Source: Macrostomum lignano (Eukaryota). From it: a DNA stretch of 64,000 nt. Location: the NCBI GenBank assembly GCA_002269645.1, contig NIVC01000988.1:248001-312000 (forward strand), in the 5' to 3' direction. Made by a program: the position numbers and the translations under genes. The notes beneath the pieces were generated by a model. That model saw nothing but the letters and a program-made list of their open reading frames with translations, was not told the DNA's origin and made no database searches. Shown in pieces: positions 25,645 through 41,039 of the stretch. The number at the start of each line of letters is the position of its first letter. Within the stretch, counting starts at the first letter, position 1.

Positions 25645-26490
25645 ACTACTGCTAGTCCTTCAATGAGCAGTTATGCTCTAATGACCTCTGTTCTATGAGT
25701 GACTTCTGTGCTCTAGTCCTTCAATGAGCAGTTATGATCTAATGATCTCTGTTCTATGAGTGACTTCTGTGCTCTAGTCCTTCAATGAGCAGTTATGAGC
25801 TAATAACCTCTGTTCCATGAGTGACTTCTCTGCTCTAGTCCTTCAATGAGCAGTTATGTTCTAATGATCTCTGTTCTATGAGTGACTTCTGTGCTCTAGT
25901 CCTTCAATGAGCAGTTATGTTCTAATGACCTCTGTTCTATGAGTGACTTCTGTGCTCTAGTCCTTCAATGAGCAGTTATGTTCTAATGACCTCTGTTCTA
26001 TGAGTGACTTCTGTGCTCTAGTCCTTCAATGAGCAGTTATGTTCTAATAACCTCTGTTCTATGAGTGACTTCTGTGCTCTAGTCCTTCAATGAGCAGTTA
26101 TGTTCTAATAACCTCTGTTCTATGAGTGACTTCTGTGCTCTAGTCCTTCAATGAGCAGTTATGTTCTAATAACCTCTGTTCTATGAGTGACTTCTGTGCT
26201 CTAGTCCTTCAATGAGCAGTTATGTTCTAATGACCTCTGTTCTATGAGTGACTTCTGTGCTCTAGTCCTTCAATGAGCAGTTATGTTCTAATGACCTCTG
26301 TTCTATGAGTGACTTCTGTGCTCTAGTCCTTCAATGAGCAGTTATGTTCTAATGACCTCTGTTCTATGAGTGACTTCTGTGCTCTAGTCCTTCAATGAGC
26401 AGTTATGTTCTAATGACCTCTGTTCTATGAGTGACTTCTGTGCTCTAGTCCTTCAATGAGCAGTTATGTTCTAATGACCTCTGTTCTTTG
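25645..26490. repeat. 61-bp minisatellite, about 14 copies
   Basis: TATGTTC at 26221 and 26282. Confidence 0.95.
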
Positions 26491-27360
26491 AGTAACTTTG
26501 AGTTCTTTTCAGTAACTAAATGTCATTCTTAATTCTCAACTTCGGAGTGATTTCTGTCCTGTGAAAAGTCATTCAATTAGCAAATGATTTCGATTAATTC
26601 TTCGTTTTCTGACGCGGTGACTACTGTCGATTGATAATAGACTTGACTGTCTCAAGTATTAATCTTTTTGAACCGTTTGAGCCAATTCTTATCATTAATT
26701 TGAGCGAAAAGCGTAGTTTTTTGTTCACTCGCATAGTTACTTTGGTACTATCTAGAGTTGTAAGGGGTATGTGATGACGCATACGCACTGCACAGGGCAA
26801 TCAGTTAGTTATTGTACACATTTGAGTGCGTTTAGAGCAGCTAGGAGAGAAAATGAGCAGGGTTAGAAATTATTCAGTCTTGTTGTCATTGGCAACCCAG
26901 AACGCTTAATGCATTTTACCCCCCTTTCTCGCCTCTCTCCCAGTGCCTCAGTCTCATGGAAGCCTCATCCAATGAGATTATGCCTTTCCTATACAGCCTT
27001 AGCAGATTTAACAATGGCAGCAGGGTTAGTTGACTATGTACACTCAAATAATGCTCTGTGTACGCTACGCGCTGCTAGGGCGGGAAAGAGGTTCTGGGTA
27101 GTCATGGTTACCAATGTAACTGCAATCTCATGCAAGCACAGATATGAATAGGCGCTGGACCGTGACTTTTGTATGTTACTTCTCTTACTATAGCTGTTTG
27201 CTCTTACAGTAAAAAGGTATTTTTATAGTACAGTTACTAATTACTATACACTAATCTTTAAACATTCCAGTTGAGCTACCGTTTCGGCTTAGAAATAAAT
27301 ACAGACAGATATTAATTACTAACTGAATTTTCGTTTTTTAAGTAGCAAATATTATCCACT

Positions 27361-30300
27361 ATGGAAGTCGTGAAAGACAAGTTCTTGGAGCTGTTGCAGT
27401 TCTATGACTGGGCGTTGGCTCGAGCTGGTGAGCTTAAAGTTTTCATTGTTTGGCTTGTTTTAAGTCTGTAGGCATTCTGCACTTTGTAGTTGTAGGTTTA
27501 TTTATAGTGTGACGCAAAATTTGAATAGCCTTATAAGACCCAATTGTACTCGTAAAATGGTAGAGTGGCGCTAAAACTCTATAGTATTGTAGACTGGTGC
27601 AAAAATTCGATAGTAAAATGGCGTCAAAACTCGATAGTGGAATTCCGTCAAACTTCAACAGTTAATAGGCAACAAACTCTAACAGTTAATAGGCGCGAAA
27701 ATTGGATAGTAGAATGGCGCCAAAATTGGATAGTAGAATGGCGCCAAAATTTTATAATAGAATGGCGCCAAAATTCGATAATAGAATGGCGCCAAAATTC
27801 AATAATATAATGCCGCCAAAATTCTATAATAGAATGGCGCCAAAATTCGATAATATAATGGCGCCACAATTAAATAATAGCATGGCGTTTAAACTCGATA
27901 GTAGAATGGCGCAAAAACTCGATAGTAGAATGGCGTCAAAACTCGATAGTAGAATGGCGTCAAAACTCGATAGTAGAATGGCGTCAAAACTCGATAGTAG
28001 AATGGCGTCAAAACTCGATAGTAGAATGGCGTCAAAACTCGATAGTAGAATGGCCCCAAATCTCGATAGTAGAATGGCGTCAAAACTCGATAGTAGAATG
28101 GCGCCAAATCTCGATAGTTGATTGGCGTCAAAACTCGATAGTAGAATGGCCCCAAATCTCGATAGTAGAATGGCGTCAAAACTCGATAGTAGAATGGCGC
28201 CAAAATTCGATAATAGAATGGCGCCAAAATTCGATAATAAAAGGGCGCCACAATTCGATAATAAAAGGGCGCCAAAATTCGATAATAGAATGGCGCCAAA
28301 ATTCGATAATAGAATGGCGCCAAAATTCGATAATAGAATGGCGCCAAAATTCGATAATAGAATGGCGCCAAAATTCGATAATAGAATGGCGCCAAAATTC
28401 GATAATATAATGGCGCCAAAATTCGATAATAGAATAGCGCCAAAATTCGATAATAGAATGGCGCCAAAATTCGATAATAGAATGGCGCCAAAATTCGATA
28501 ATAAAAGGGCGCCACAATTCGATAATAAAAGGGCGCCAAAATTCGATAATAAAGGGCGCCAAAATTCGATAATATAATGGCGCCAAAATTCGATAATATA
28601 ATGGCGCCAAAATTCGATAATAGAATGGCGCCAAAATTCGATAATAGAATGGCGCCAAAATTCGATAATATAATGGCGCCAAAATTCGATTAACAGTAGA
28701 GAACACGCCAGGTAACTATCATTTCAACGATTTGTTTTGTTTCAACCAGACAAACGAGTGGAGCATTGGTTCCTGATGGACAGCTACTGGCCTACCTGGG
28801 CGCTGATGTTCGCTTACCTGCTGGCTGTGCACTTTGGTCAGAAATTTATGGCAAATCGGACCGCCTTTAGTCTGCGCTGGCCTCTGCTGGCTTACAATGT
28901 GGCATTAGTGGCTTTGAATTTTCACATCTTCTCTGAGGTGAGTGGCTTGATTTTTCATCTACTTCGGTTTATATTACACCAATTTAGGTTAATTAGATGG
29001 TGTCTAACACCCTACTCAGGTTAATTAGATGGTGTCTAACACCCTACTCAGGTTATTTAAATGGTGTCTAACACCCTACTCAGGTTAATTAGATGGTGTC
29101 TAACACCCTACTCAGGTTAATTAGATGGTGTCTAACACCCTACTCAGGTTAATTAGATGGTGTCTAACACCCTACTCAGGTTATTTAGATGGTGTCTAAC
29201 ACCCTACTCAGGTTAATTAGATGGTGTCTAACACCCTACTCAGGTTAATTAGATGGTGTCTAACACCCTACTTAGGTTAATTAGATGGTGTCTAACACCC
29301 TACTTAGGTTAATTAGATGGTGTCTAACACCCTACTTAGGTTAATTAGATGGTGTCCAACACCCTATTCAGGCTAATTAATAGTTAATAAAAAAACAATT
29401 AAACATTATCAAATTCCCACACTGCAGCTCCTATACTGCTCATGGCAACAAAACTACAGTTATCTCTGCCAGCCAGTTGACTATTCTGACAATCCTTACG
29501 AGTTAAGAATCGCCAAAGCACTCTGGTGGTACTATTTCTCTAAGTGCATCGAGTTTATGGACACTATATTCTTTGTCTTGCGCAAGAAGAATAATCAAAT
29601 TAGTTTTCTGCACGTTTACCATCACGCCACCATGTTCCCAATTTGGTGGATTGGAGTGAAATGGGTACCAGGTGGTCAGTCGTTTTTTGGCGCTATGATG
29701 AACTCTTTTATCCACGTCATCATGTACAGCTACTATGGTTTGAGCTCGCTCGGGGAGAGCGTCCAGAAGTACCTGTGGTGGAAGCGGTATCTCACCCGAC
29801 TGCAGCTGGTTAGTGCTTCTATGGCCTTGTTTGCGGCATTTTACTGCTGCTGGCATCTACTTCCACACTCTACTCTCCCCCAATCTACTTCCACACTCTA
29901 CTCTTATCTACTTCCACACTCTACTCTCACCCAATCTACTTCCACACTCTACTCTCACCCAATCTACTTCCACACTCTACTCTCACCCAATCTACTTCCA
30001 CACTCTACTCTCACCCAATCTACTTCCACACTCTACTCTCAGCCAATCTACTTCCACACTCTACTCTCACCCAATCTACTTCCACACTCTACTCTCACCC
30101 AATCTACTTCCACACTCTACTCTCACCCAATCTACTTCCACACTCTACTCTCACCCAATCTACTTCCACACTCTACTCTCAGCCAATCTACTTCCACACT
30201 CTACTCTCACACAATCTATTTCCACACTCTACTCTCACACAATCTACTTCCACACTCTACTCTCACACAATCTAATTCCACTCTACTCTCCCCCAATCTA

Positions 30301-32875
30301 CTTCCACACTCTACTTTCACCCAATCTACTTCCACACTCTACTCTTATCTACTTCCACACTCTACTCTCACCCAATCTACTTCCACACTCTACTCTCACC
30401 CAATCTACTTCCACACTCTACTCTCACCCAATCTACTTCCACACTCTACTCTCACCCAATCTACTTCCACACTCTACTCTCAGCCAATCTACTTCCACAC
30501 TCTACTCTCACACAATCTATTTCCACACTCTACTCTCACACAATCTACTTCCACACTCTACTCTCACACAATCTAATTCCACTCTACTCTCCCCCAATCT
30601 ACTTCCACACTCTACTCACCCCCAATCTACTTCCACACTCTACTCTTATCTACTTCCACACTCTACTCTCACCCAATCTACTTCCACACTCTACTCTCAC
30701 CCAATCTACTTCCACACTCTACTCTCACCCAATCTACTTCCACACTCTACTCTCAGCCAATCTACTTCCACACTCTACTCTCACACAATCTATTTCCACA
30801 CTCTACTCTCACACAATCTACTTCCACACTCTACTCTCACACAATCTAATTCCACTCTACTCTCCCCCAATCTACTTCCACACTCTACTCACCCCCAATC
30901 TACTTCCACACTCTACTCTTATCTACTTCCACACTCTACTCTCACCCAATCTATTTCCACACTCTACTCTCACCCAATCTACTTCCACACTCTACTCTCA
31001 GCCAATCTACTTCCACACTCTACTCTCACCCAATCTACTTCCACACTCTACTCTCAGCCAATCTACTTCCACACTCTACTCTCACACAATCTACTTCCAC
31101 ACTCTACTCTCACACAATCTACTTCCACACTCTACTCTCACACAATCTAATTCCACTCTACTCTCCCCCAATCTACTTCCACACTCTACTCTCACACAAT
31201 CTATTTCCACACTCTACTCTCACACAATCTACTTCCACACTCTACTCTCACCCAATCTACTTCCACACTCTACTCTCAGCCAATCTACTTCCACACTCTA
31301 CTCTCACACAATCTACTTCCACACTCTACTCTCACACAATCTACTTCCACACTCTACTCTCACCCAATCTACTTCCACACTCTACTCTCAGCCAATCTAC
31401 TTCCACACTCTACTCTCACACAATCTATTTCCACACTCTACTCTCACACAATATATTTCCACACTCTACTCTCACACAATCTATTTCCACACTCTACTCT
31501 CACACAATCTATTTCCACACTCTACTCTCACACAATCTACTTCCACACTCTACTCTCACACAATCTAATTCCACTCTACTCTCCCCCAATCTACTTCCAC
31601 ACTCTACTTTCACCCAATCTACTTCCACACTCTACTCTCAGCCAATCTACTTCCACACTCTACTCTCACACAATCTATTTCCACACTCTACTCTCACACA
31701 ATCTATTTCCACACTCTACTCTCACACAATCTATTTCCACACTCTACTCTCACACAATCTACTTCCACACTCTACTCTCACACAATCTAATTCCACTCTA
31801 CTCTCCCCCAATCTACTTCCACACTCTACTTTCACCCAATCTACTTCCACACACTACTCTCACCTACTACTTCCACACTCTACTCTCACCCAATCTACTT
31901 CCATACTACTCTCCCAGCAGCACCGCTCTAAAATTGCGTTATTGTTTTTTCTTACAGATTCAATTCGTCACTGGAATCTCGCACGCAATCTACGGGTTGG
32001 TGACTCGCTGCTCCTTCCCGTCTTGGATGATGTGGGCCCTGGTTGGCTACGGCACTTCCATCCTGACTCTGTTTCTTAATTTCTATTATCACGCCTACCG
32101 CAAGCCGGCGGCTAGGCGCCCTGTGCAGGAGGTGAGTGATTTTTTTAGTATCGTTGAAGATTAGAGCACAGGGACGCTTTGGGATTAGGGAAGATTTGCG
32201 ATTAGGGAAGATTTGCAATTAGGAATCGAAGGTTTGGGACTAGGGAAAATTTATGATTAAAGAAGATATCAAATTTGAGAAGATTTGCGATTAGGGAAGA
32301 TTTGCGATTAGGGATCGAAGGTTTGGGACTTGGAAAGATTTGGGATTAGGGAAGATTTAGGATTAGAAAAGATTTGGGATTAGGGAAGATTTGGGATTAG
32401 GGAAGATCTGGGATTAGGGAAGGTTTGGGATTAAGGAAGGTTTTGGATTAGTAAATATCTGGGATTAGGGAAGGTTTTGTATTAAGGAAGATTTGGGATT
32501 AGGAAAGACTTGGGATTAGTGAAGATCTGGGATTAGTGAAGATCTGGGATTAGGAAAGATTTTGTATTAGGGAAGATTTGGGATTAGGGAAGATTTGGGA
32601 TTAGGGAAGGTTTGAGATTAGGGAAGGTTTGGGATTAGGGAAGGTTTGAGATTAGGGAAGTTTTGGGATTAGTGAAGATCTGGGATTAGTGAAGATCCGG
32701 GATTATAGAAGGTTTGGGATTAGGAAAGGTTTGGGATTAGTGAAGACTAACAAACATTAAAATTCTTGCACAACAAAAATAATTGCAGTCCAAAGAGAAG
32801 AATGGCACTGGCTCAGTCTCCAATGGACATCATGCCGCCGCGAACGGTCACGCTGAAGCTAAGAAGATCAAATGA
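27361..32875 (+). CDS. ELOVL4: Very-long-chain fatty acid elongase (ELOVL4-like), 5 exons: 27361-27427, 28750-28937, 29428-29808, 31958-32131, 32789-32875; 298 aa
   Basis: All junctions GT-AG and in phase; motifs [41 protein letters not shown]|IQF, LFLNFY; C-terminal KKIK ER-retrieval signal. Subfamily assignment is inference. Confidence 0.93.
27560..28692. repeat. 24-bp minisatellite in ELOVL intron 1 (GGCGCCAAAATTCGATAATAGAAT)
   Basis: Direct observation; two variant blocks. Confidence 0.95.
28985..29372. repeat. 32-bp minisatellite in ELOVL intron 2 (GGTTAATTAGATGGTGTCTAACACCCTACTCA)
   Basis: GGTTAATTAG at 28987 and 29019. Confidence 0.95.
29855..31912. repeat. 28-bp pyrimidine-rich minisatellite in ELOVL intron 3 (AATCTACTTCCACACTCTACTCTCACCC)
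   Basis: Direct observation; variant blocks recur as larger units. Confidence 0.95.
32175..32745. repeat. 17-bp G-rich minisatellite in ELOVL intron 4 (GGGATTAGGGAAGATTT)
   Basis: Direct observation; contains TTAGGG. Confidence 0.9.
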
Positions 32876-33371
32876 AACGATCACACGAGTAGTTCATCCA
32901 TCTTGCCTCAAGTTTTTATTGGCAAAAATAAAAAAATAACAATATCATTATCTATGCCCGACGATTTATAAGAGCCTTTGAAAATGTATAAAAGAAGAAG
33001 TCTTGAAAAATTCGCGTTTTGAACAAAGTGTGTTTGTTCGTAATTTTTTTATTTGCTTTTTTTTTAAAACCACTTTACTTGACTTGCTGATGATAGAACA
33101 AAAGCTGTTTGATTTTGATTGTTTGTCTTTTTTACAAATATAGCAAACTAATTCCTAGAAGTACCTATTCCTGTGGGGAATAAATAAATAAAATATTTAA
33201 TTTATTTAGTGAATTTCAAGCCGGCGCGGTGGCTTGCATTCGTCACAGCAATTCATGTTCTATGCAGCTGTGCTATTCTTTGCTGAATATAAAAACCGCT
33301 TCTGTTTTGTTATTTCGCTTATTGTACTCATCATCCGTGACCTATAGCTATATGGCATAGTGACAATTAAT

Positions 33372-34130
33372 ACGCCCTTGGATCCTCTCAAATCCCCACG
33401 GAGAATCTACCCTTAGATCCTCTCAAATCCCCCAGTGAATCTACCCTTAGATCCCCTCAAATTCCCAGAGAATCTACCCTTAGATCCCCTCAAATTCCCA
33501 GAGAATCTACCCTTAGATCCCCTCAAATTCCCAGTGAATCTACCCTTAGATCCCCTCAAATTCCCAGAGAATCTACCCTTAGATCCCCTCAAATTCCCAG
33601 AGAATCTACCCTTAGATCCCCTCAAATTCCCAGATAATCTACCCTTAGATCCCCTCAAATTCCCAGAGAATCTACCCTTAGATCCCCTCAAATTCCCAGT
33701 GAATCTACCCTTAGATCCCCTCAAATTCCCAGAGAATCTACCCTTAGATCCCCTCAAATTCCCAGAGAATCTACCCTTAGATCCCCTCAAATTCCCAGAG
33801 AATCTACCCTTAGATCCCCTCAAATTCCCAGAGAATCTACCCTTAGATCCCCTCAAATTCCCAGAGAATCTACCCTTAGATCCCCTCAAATTCCCAGAGA
33901 ATCTACCCTTTAGATCCCCTCAAATTCCCAGAGAATCTACCCTTAGATCCCCTCAAATTCCCAGAGAATCTACCCTTAGATCCTCTCAATCCCCCAGAGA
34001 ATCTACCCTTTAGATCCCCTCAAATTCCCAGAGAATCTACCCCTAGATCCCCTCAAATTCCCAGAGAATCTACCCTTAGATCCCCTCAAATTCCCAGAGA
34101 ATCTACCCCTAGATCCCCTCAAATCCCTAC
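33372..34130. repeat. 33-bp minisatellite (TTAGATCCCCTCAAATTCCCAGAGAATCTACCC)
   Basis: Direct observation. Confidence 0.95.
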
Positions 34131-35084
34131 ATCCTATTTCTCCTTAGATCTCCAAGTCACCAATAAAATCCACTATACTAAAAGCTTCAGTCTAATACAA
34201 GCGTATTAATAATTCATATTATATTCTATTTGTTTATTGTTTATTTATTATGACTATAAATGCTAGCTACCATGAATTAGCAATTTACAAAAACTTTACC
34301 GGTCAACTTAAATGTTATTACCTTTTTTTAATTCTGAGTCTACTTGTAACTGGACAATAATAGCATTGATCTGGCTGTCAGTGCTGTACCAAAATCGATA
34401 TATTGATTGATTAATTGCATGCATTCGCTGTGTTATTATTACCATTGTTAAAAGTTGTTTTTGGATAGATAAAAATCAATAATTCACTTAATGATGCGCG
34501 TTGAGCTTTTAAACTTAAGTCTTAATGAATAATTTTTATTAAGAAGGAAAGTTAAATATTTCAAGAAAGTTTTGCCTTGAATATTTATTTATTTTATCAA
34601 AATTTGGTCACTGTGCTACTTACAGTAGGTCGCATGCATTTTCAGAAATTTTTGTCGTTTCGATAATTCGATACTGAAGAAAAACTGGCTTATGCGAATG
34701 CTAAAAGCAAACGCTTCAAGCATATTGTTTTAAAGCGATGAAATTCTCGTTGAAGTCTGAATTTGCACTTTAATATGATCTGGGTAGCAAAATGTGAGAT
34801 AATAAGCTCACAGACAGCTCATAGGCTTTTAGCCAGAAAATAAAACCATTTATAACAATATTTTTTGTAGTGACCGACTAAAAAAGCGGCCTCTTCAGTT
34901 TTTTTGCAGAAAAAAGAAGTTTTTAAAAATTCAAAATTGCATCAAATTTTTTTTGAATTGCAATTTTCATCACAATGATATACCCGTAAATACGGCAGCA
35001 CTAAGGCAGACGCTATAAGGACACTAAGACACGGGGAAATTAGGACAGACAGATATCTTGAATAGTAGCAGTTGGGGTTAGAGA

Positions 35085-35555
35085 CTCATACAGACACACA
35101 GACAGACAGACAGACACACAGACAGACAGACAGATACACAGACAGACTGACAGAAGGACAGACAGACAGACAGACACACAGACAGACTGACAGGCTGACA
35201 GACGGACTGACAGACAGACAGACAGCCAGACAAACAGACAGACACAGACAGACAGACAGGCTAATAGACAGACAGACAGGCTAATAGACAGAAAGACGGA
35301 CAGGCTGACAGACAGAGACAGGCTAACAGACAGACAGCCAGACAGACGGACAGACAGACAGACAGGCTAACAGACAGACAGACAGGCTGACAGACGGACT
35401 GACTGACAGACAGACACAGCCAGGCAGACACAGCCAGACAGACAGACAGACACAGCCAGACAGACAGACAGACAGATACAGACAGACACAGCCAGACAGA
35501 CAGACAGATACAGCCAGACAGACAAACAGACAGACACAGCCAGACAGACGGCAGT
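35085..35555. repeat. Degenerate (GACA)n microsatellite
   Basis: Direct observation. Confidence 0.9.
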
Positions 35556-35583
35556 CAGAGCAGCAGTCAAGGTCAGCAGTCGA

Positions 35584-36836
<1,253 letters not shown>

Positions 36837-37838
36837 TCTTCACAGCCGTAATAGCTTGTGTCACAGGGCTGAGTAATTGAGATTATTCTGTCACGTCTGC
36901 CAGTTGGCCTGCATCGGAGGCGAAATTCTGTCAATTTGAATGCTTTTCAGTTTAGTCCAAAATTTCATAGACGTGCATTGTAAATTCTCGACAATCTGCA
37001 GCTGTCAGCTCCTTCTTAAATCATTAATGATCACTCCAGACCTGCAGCTCACTGATTATAACTGGATAACGATAAGAATTTTTGGCCTATTGGAAAACAA
37101 AAACAGCTGCTGGGGAGCTTCATCCAACAGGTTTCTTCCATCCTGGGTGGGTGTCTCCCTCTCCCTGTTTCCGTATACAAGCGAATTAATCCGCTTTCAC
37201 GTTGCCATGACAAAGCAAGCAAGAGACTCCAGTTAGCAAGTCTTTTAAAACCGGAAGTGAAGTCAATTGTTGGCTTTGAATTGCTTATTAAGTTTGCCAG
37301 TAGAGTTCCTCACACTTTGGCACAGTTTATCATTAATGCAAAGTTTTGACTTGCAGCCAACAACTCTGTGACGGCTTCCCTCTAGCCAATATATTAGAGC
37401 GATATGAGGCTTCCAAATCTCGTCAAAAATTTTAAACTTACTATCCTATTGCATTTCATTTTTATCAATAAGTATTTTTTTCAGTTTATGATAAGTTTAC
37501 AGTGAAAGCAAGATTTCAGACTTACTTCTTAAAGTAGAAGCATTTGAACATTTCGCCTAAAATAATTTTTCAGTTTCGCTGCAAAAGGTAGCAACAAATT
37601 TCAAAATATTATAGACTTTTGAAAGGAAGACCCAATGTTCATCTTTTTATGGGTCCTGCCCAAAGATCATATATCCACAGGATGGGGCCACCCGCTTGTG
37701 TGGCCATAGAAGCCAATGTAAAAAAATTTCCATCTCGCGACAGAGCAAAAATCAGCTACTGAACTCAATTTCGTCAGTAGTCTCTACAGTACATGTATAA
37801 TACCATTCTAGATTCTAGATTCTAGATTGAGTAGCTTT

Positions 37839-40210
37839 CAGGGGTGTCGGAACCGGGAGGGGGAGCATGGGGGGTGGAGCCCCCCCCCCCACTTTTTAGC
37901 ATGATCCTGCATGTGCCCTTTTTGAATTTTAAACAAGTGTTGGGTGTTGGGCTTTGGCTTTTCAGAGTCTTGGGAGCTAAGGGTATAAGCTGGAGCGAGA
38001 GGGCACCGTTACTATCCACACCCTAGAGATCAATGTAAATGTAAGAATAAAGAATGTATAGTGACCAGTGGGTAGGGGTAGGCACATAGCTTGTGCTCCC
38101 TTCCTCAAGCGACAAGCCTTCCTTCCTTTCTTTCTCTGCCCCCCATCACCATCACCGGTTGGTTGTATAGGCCCCGTCACCCTCAATGGGGTATGTGATC
38201 ATAATAGTTCATGTTGTTCTTAATCCCATTCCACTACAGTTTTTATCTAATGTGCCTAAGCCTAGTGCTTTTAGTGTTTAGCCCTTTTACTTTGGCGTCT
38301 CTGATCGACATTCCGAGTCTGCCAGACAGTCTGACGCTGCTGCCGGATGTGCCATTGCTTGCAAAGGAGAGTTTCAGCCTAGCACCAGTCAGCGCAGCCG
38401 ACGTTGTGAGGCTCGCCAAACAGTCATCGGGCGGGAAAGCGCTGGGTCCGGACGAGGTGCCCATCGAGGCGCTGCGCATCCACTGTGTGGCCAGTGAGGT
38501 CGTCAGATTGATGAATTGCGTGCTCTTCGGTGATGAGGCACCCAACGAATGGACCACGGCGCACATCGTCGCTATTCCTAAAAAGCCGGGCACCACGGCT
38601 TTAGGAGCATCGAGGTAGCTGCCTTCAGTGCTGCGCTGCGAAGCTGTTCAAACGGATGCTCCTATCGCGGTTGCAGCCCGTGCTGGATCCGTACCTGCGT
38701 CCTGAGCAGAACGGCTTCCGGCCCCATCGCGGCACAGTGACGCAGATCCTGGCTCTTCACCGAGTCATCAAGGAGGCGCGGACACCCCAATCGATCCTGA
38801 TTATAATCTTCAAAGATTTCAAGACGGCGTTCGACTCGGTCGTCAGGTCTGTGCTTCCAAAGGTGCTCCGTGCGTACAACGTGCCAGAGCAGCTGAGTTC
38901 CGCCATCATGGTGATGTACGAGCGTACCGTGATACGAAAGCTACTGTTTCAACACCGGACGGCCTATCGGACTTCTTTGAGACATCCTCTGGAGTGCTCC
39001 AGGGAGACGACGGCTTTCTGTTGCGGCGACGCCTGGGTTAGCGGATCAGCGTGCTTGGCTACGCCGACGATCTCGCCCTGCTGTCCTCAACTGTCGAGGG
39101 CGCCCAGCAACAACTGGACAAGCTAGTTGCTGTTGCGGCGAGTGTCGACCTGGAGGTCAACACGCAGAAAACCGTCGTACTCTGCGTGCCGGACGACATC
39201 GGGGCTGCGATTTTGTGCCGAGGCGCTGCTGGACAGACGACGGAGCTCCCGCGCTGTCAGAACCTCGTCTACCTCGGTGGTCTGGTTCCCGGCGTCCGCG
39301 ATGATTAGTTCTGTGAGGGCAGTCCTGCAGTCCGAGGCCTTACCTGACCGCCAGAGGGCGGCGTTGTTCCAGGCGGTGATCGAGACTGTCCTGCTGTACA
39401 ACGCCGAGACCTGAACGCTGACGGAGTCGCTCGAACAACAAGTTGACGCAGCGCACTCTGGCCTGCTGCTCGCTGCCTTCAAGATCGGCTACGAGCGAGT
39501 GACTAACGCGGCTTTGTATCACCGCGCCGGCCTGGTCCGCCATCGTCGGCGACTCCAGCTGGCAGGTCACATCATATGCGCCGAGTCGTACTGCCCACAG
39601 CCGGTGCAGGTGCTGTTGCTGACGCTGCAGGCACCCTACCGGCGGGGCAGGCATGCACTCGGCGTTTCGTCGACTGCCTGCTAGCTGACGCCGGCGCCCC
39701 GGATTCGGCCGGCGGCGTGGCGTTCGTTCGCGCCTGGCCCTGAGGCGCGCCCTGTGACGCTGAACGCGTATTTTGTTGCTGTTGTTGTCGAGTATAACCG
39801 CAATCCCAAGACTTAAGCAGACTTAAAACTTAAGCAGACTTAAGCAGACTGGTTGCAGATCTGCTAGAAGAATAAAGAGAAAGCGCCAAGAGGAACTGAA
39901 GGAGACAACCAAGAGATCCAGCAAATGAACTGATTGGTCTTGCCCTTGCAAATTTCATTTGTTTGGGATATTTACTAAATAAATTGATAGTGCTGTGCAG
40001 TTGCGCAATGTTTAAATCAGTTGAAAATTCGAGCATTTCCAGACTTCCAGTTCCAACACAGAATTGAATATTGATTGACCTGGTTGTCACAATGTCACAA
40101 AATGACATTGTCACAGCAGGTTTTGGGGTGCCCTTAAATTTCAAAAATGTATATGAAATCTGCCCTCCCACCAATAGCCCCCCACTTTGAAAAATGTTCC
40201 GACACCGCTA
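37839..40210. mobile_element. Probable non-autonomous TIR element (hAT-like) hosting the RTE insertion
   Basis: Left end CAGGGGTGTCGGAAC, right end GTTCCGACACCGCTA; TAGCTTT at both ends; G-run/AGCCCCCCCACTTT subterminal motifs at both ends. Confidence 0.55.
38300..39790 (+). mobile_element. Decayed, 5'-truncated RTE-like non-LTR retrotransposon (RT pseudogene)
   Basis: Fragments KALGPDEVP, WTTAHIVAIPKK, EQNGFRPHRG, FKDFKTAFDSV, GVLQGD, GYADDLAL across frameshifts and stops; GTT-rich tail at ~39770-39790. Confidence 0.9.
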
Positions 40211-40759
40211 GCTTTTTATTTAATTCATCAAAAAGTTCTATCACATTCAATCACTCAATAATAGCGTCTCTGTCCCTAAGCTACTGAACTCAAGATTTAA
40301 GCAACCCATGTCGGATTTTTTCGCACTAAGTGACGAAAAACAGCGGTCGCGCTTTCCCAATTGCCGCAATACAAAGTGGCCTATCTACGGAATAGCTATA
40401 AGATCTATGGTCTAGCCTTTCTTATAGCACTGTTGATATTCATGAAAGTTTTCCTTTAGAAAATTAAGCTTCTATGTAAATTTTACATCCTATGCCTAGA
40501 AACTGGCACAACCCACCTGGTTGGTTTTATGAATCTAGTTTATCATTCTGTTACTAAATTTATTGTTTTCTTTGAAATTTGGAAGTCCAGATATTGAGAA
40601 TTTATAGCGCTAAAAAGATTAATTCTCACTTCCAAGATGGTAACTTGTTAACCAACAGAGCACCAATTAATAGGTTGGTAAATTGATTTTTTATCTTATA
40701 TCATTTTGACAGATTAAAGTTGATACATTAATTAGTTATTGATTGATGGAGCAGTCATC

Positions 40760-41000
40760 ATGTCAAACAAAATAGTCACCATGTCAAACATAAAAGAAGC
40801 TTCAGGTCAAACACAATAGAAGCATCATGAGAAACATAAAAGAGCCACCATTTCAAACATAAAAGAGCCATCATGTCAAACAACTGAGCCACCATGTCAA
40901 ACATAAAAGAGCCATCATGTCAAACAACTGAGCCACTATGTCAAACATAAAAGAGACACCATCTTCAAACGTAAAATAAGCGTCATGCCAAACATAAAGG
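40760..41000. repeat. Degenerate tandem repeat (CCATCATGTCAAACATAAAAGAG)
   Basis: Several imperfect copies. Confidence 0.7.
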
Positions 41001-41039
41001 AGCCACTATAAAGCAGAGGAAATTGTTGAACTAGCTACT

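Noticed and set aside
32175-32745. True telomere or interstitial telomeric array
   Set aside because: TTAGGG is only part of a 17-bp unit inside a spliced intron.
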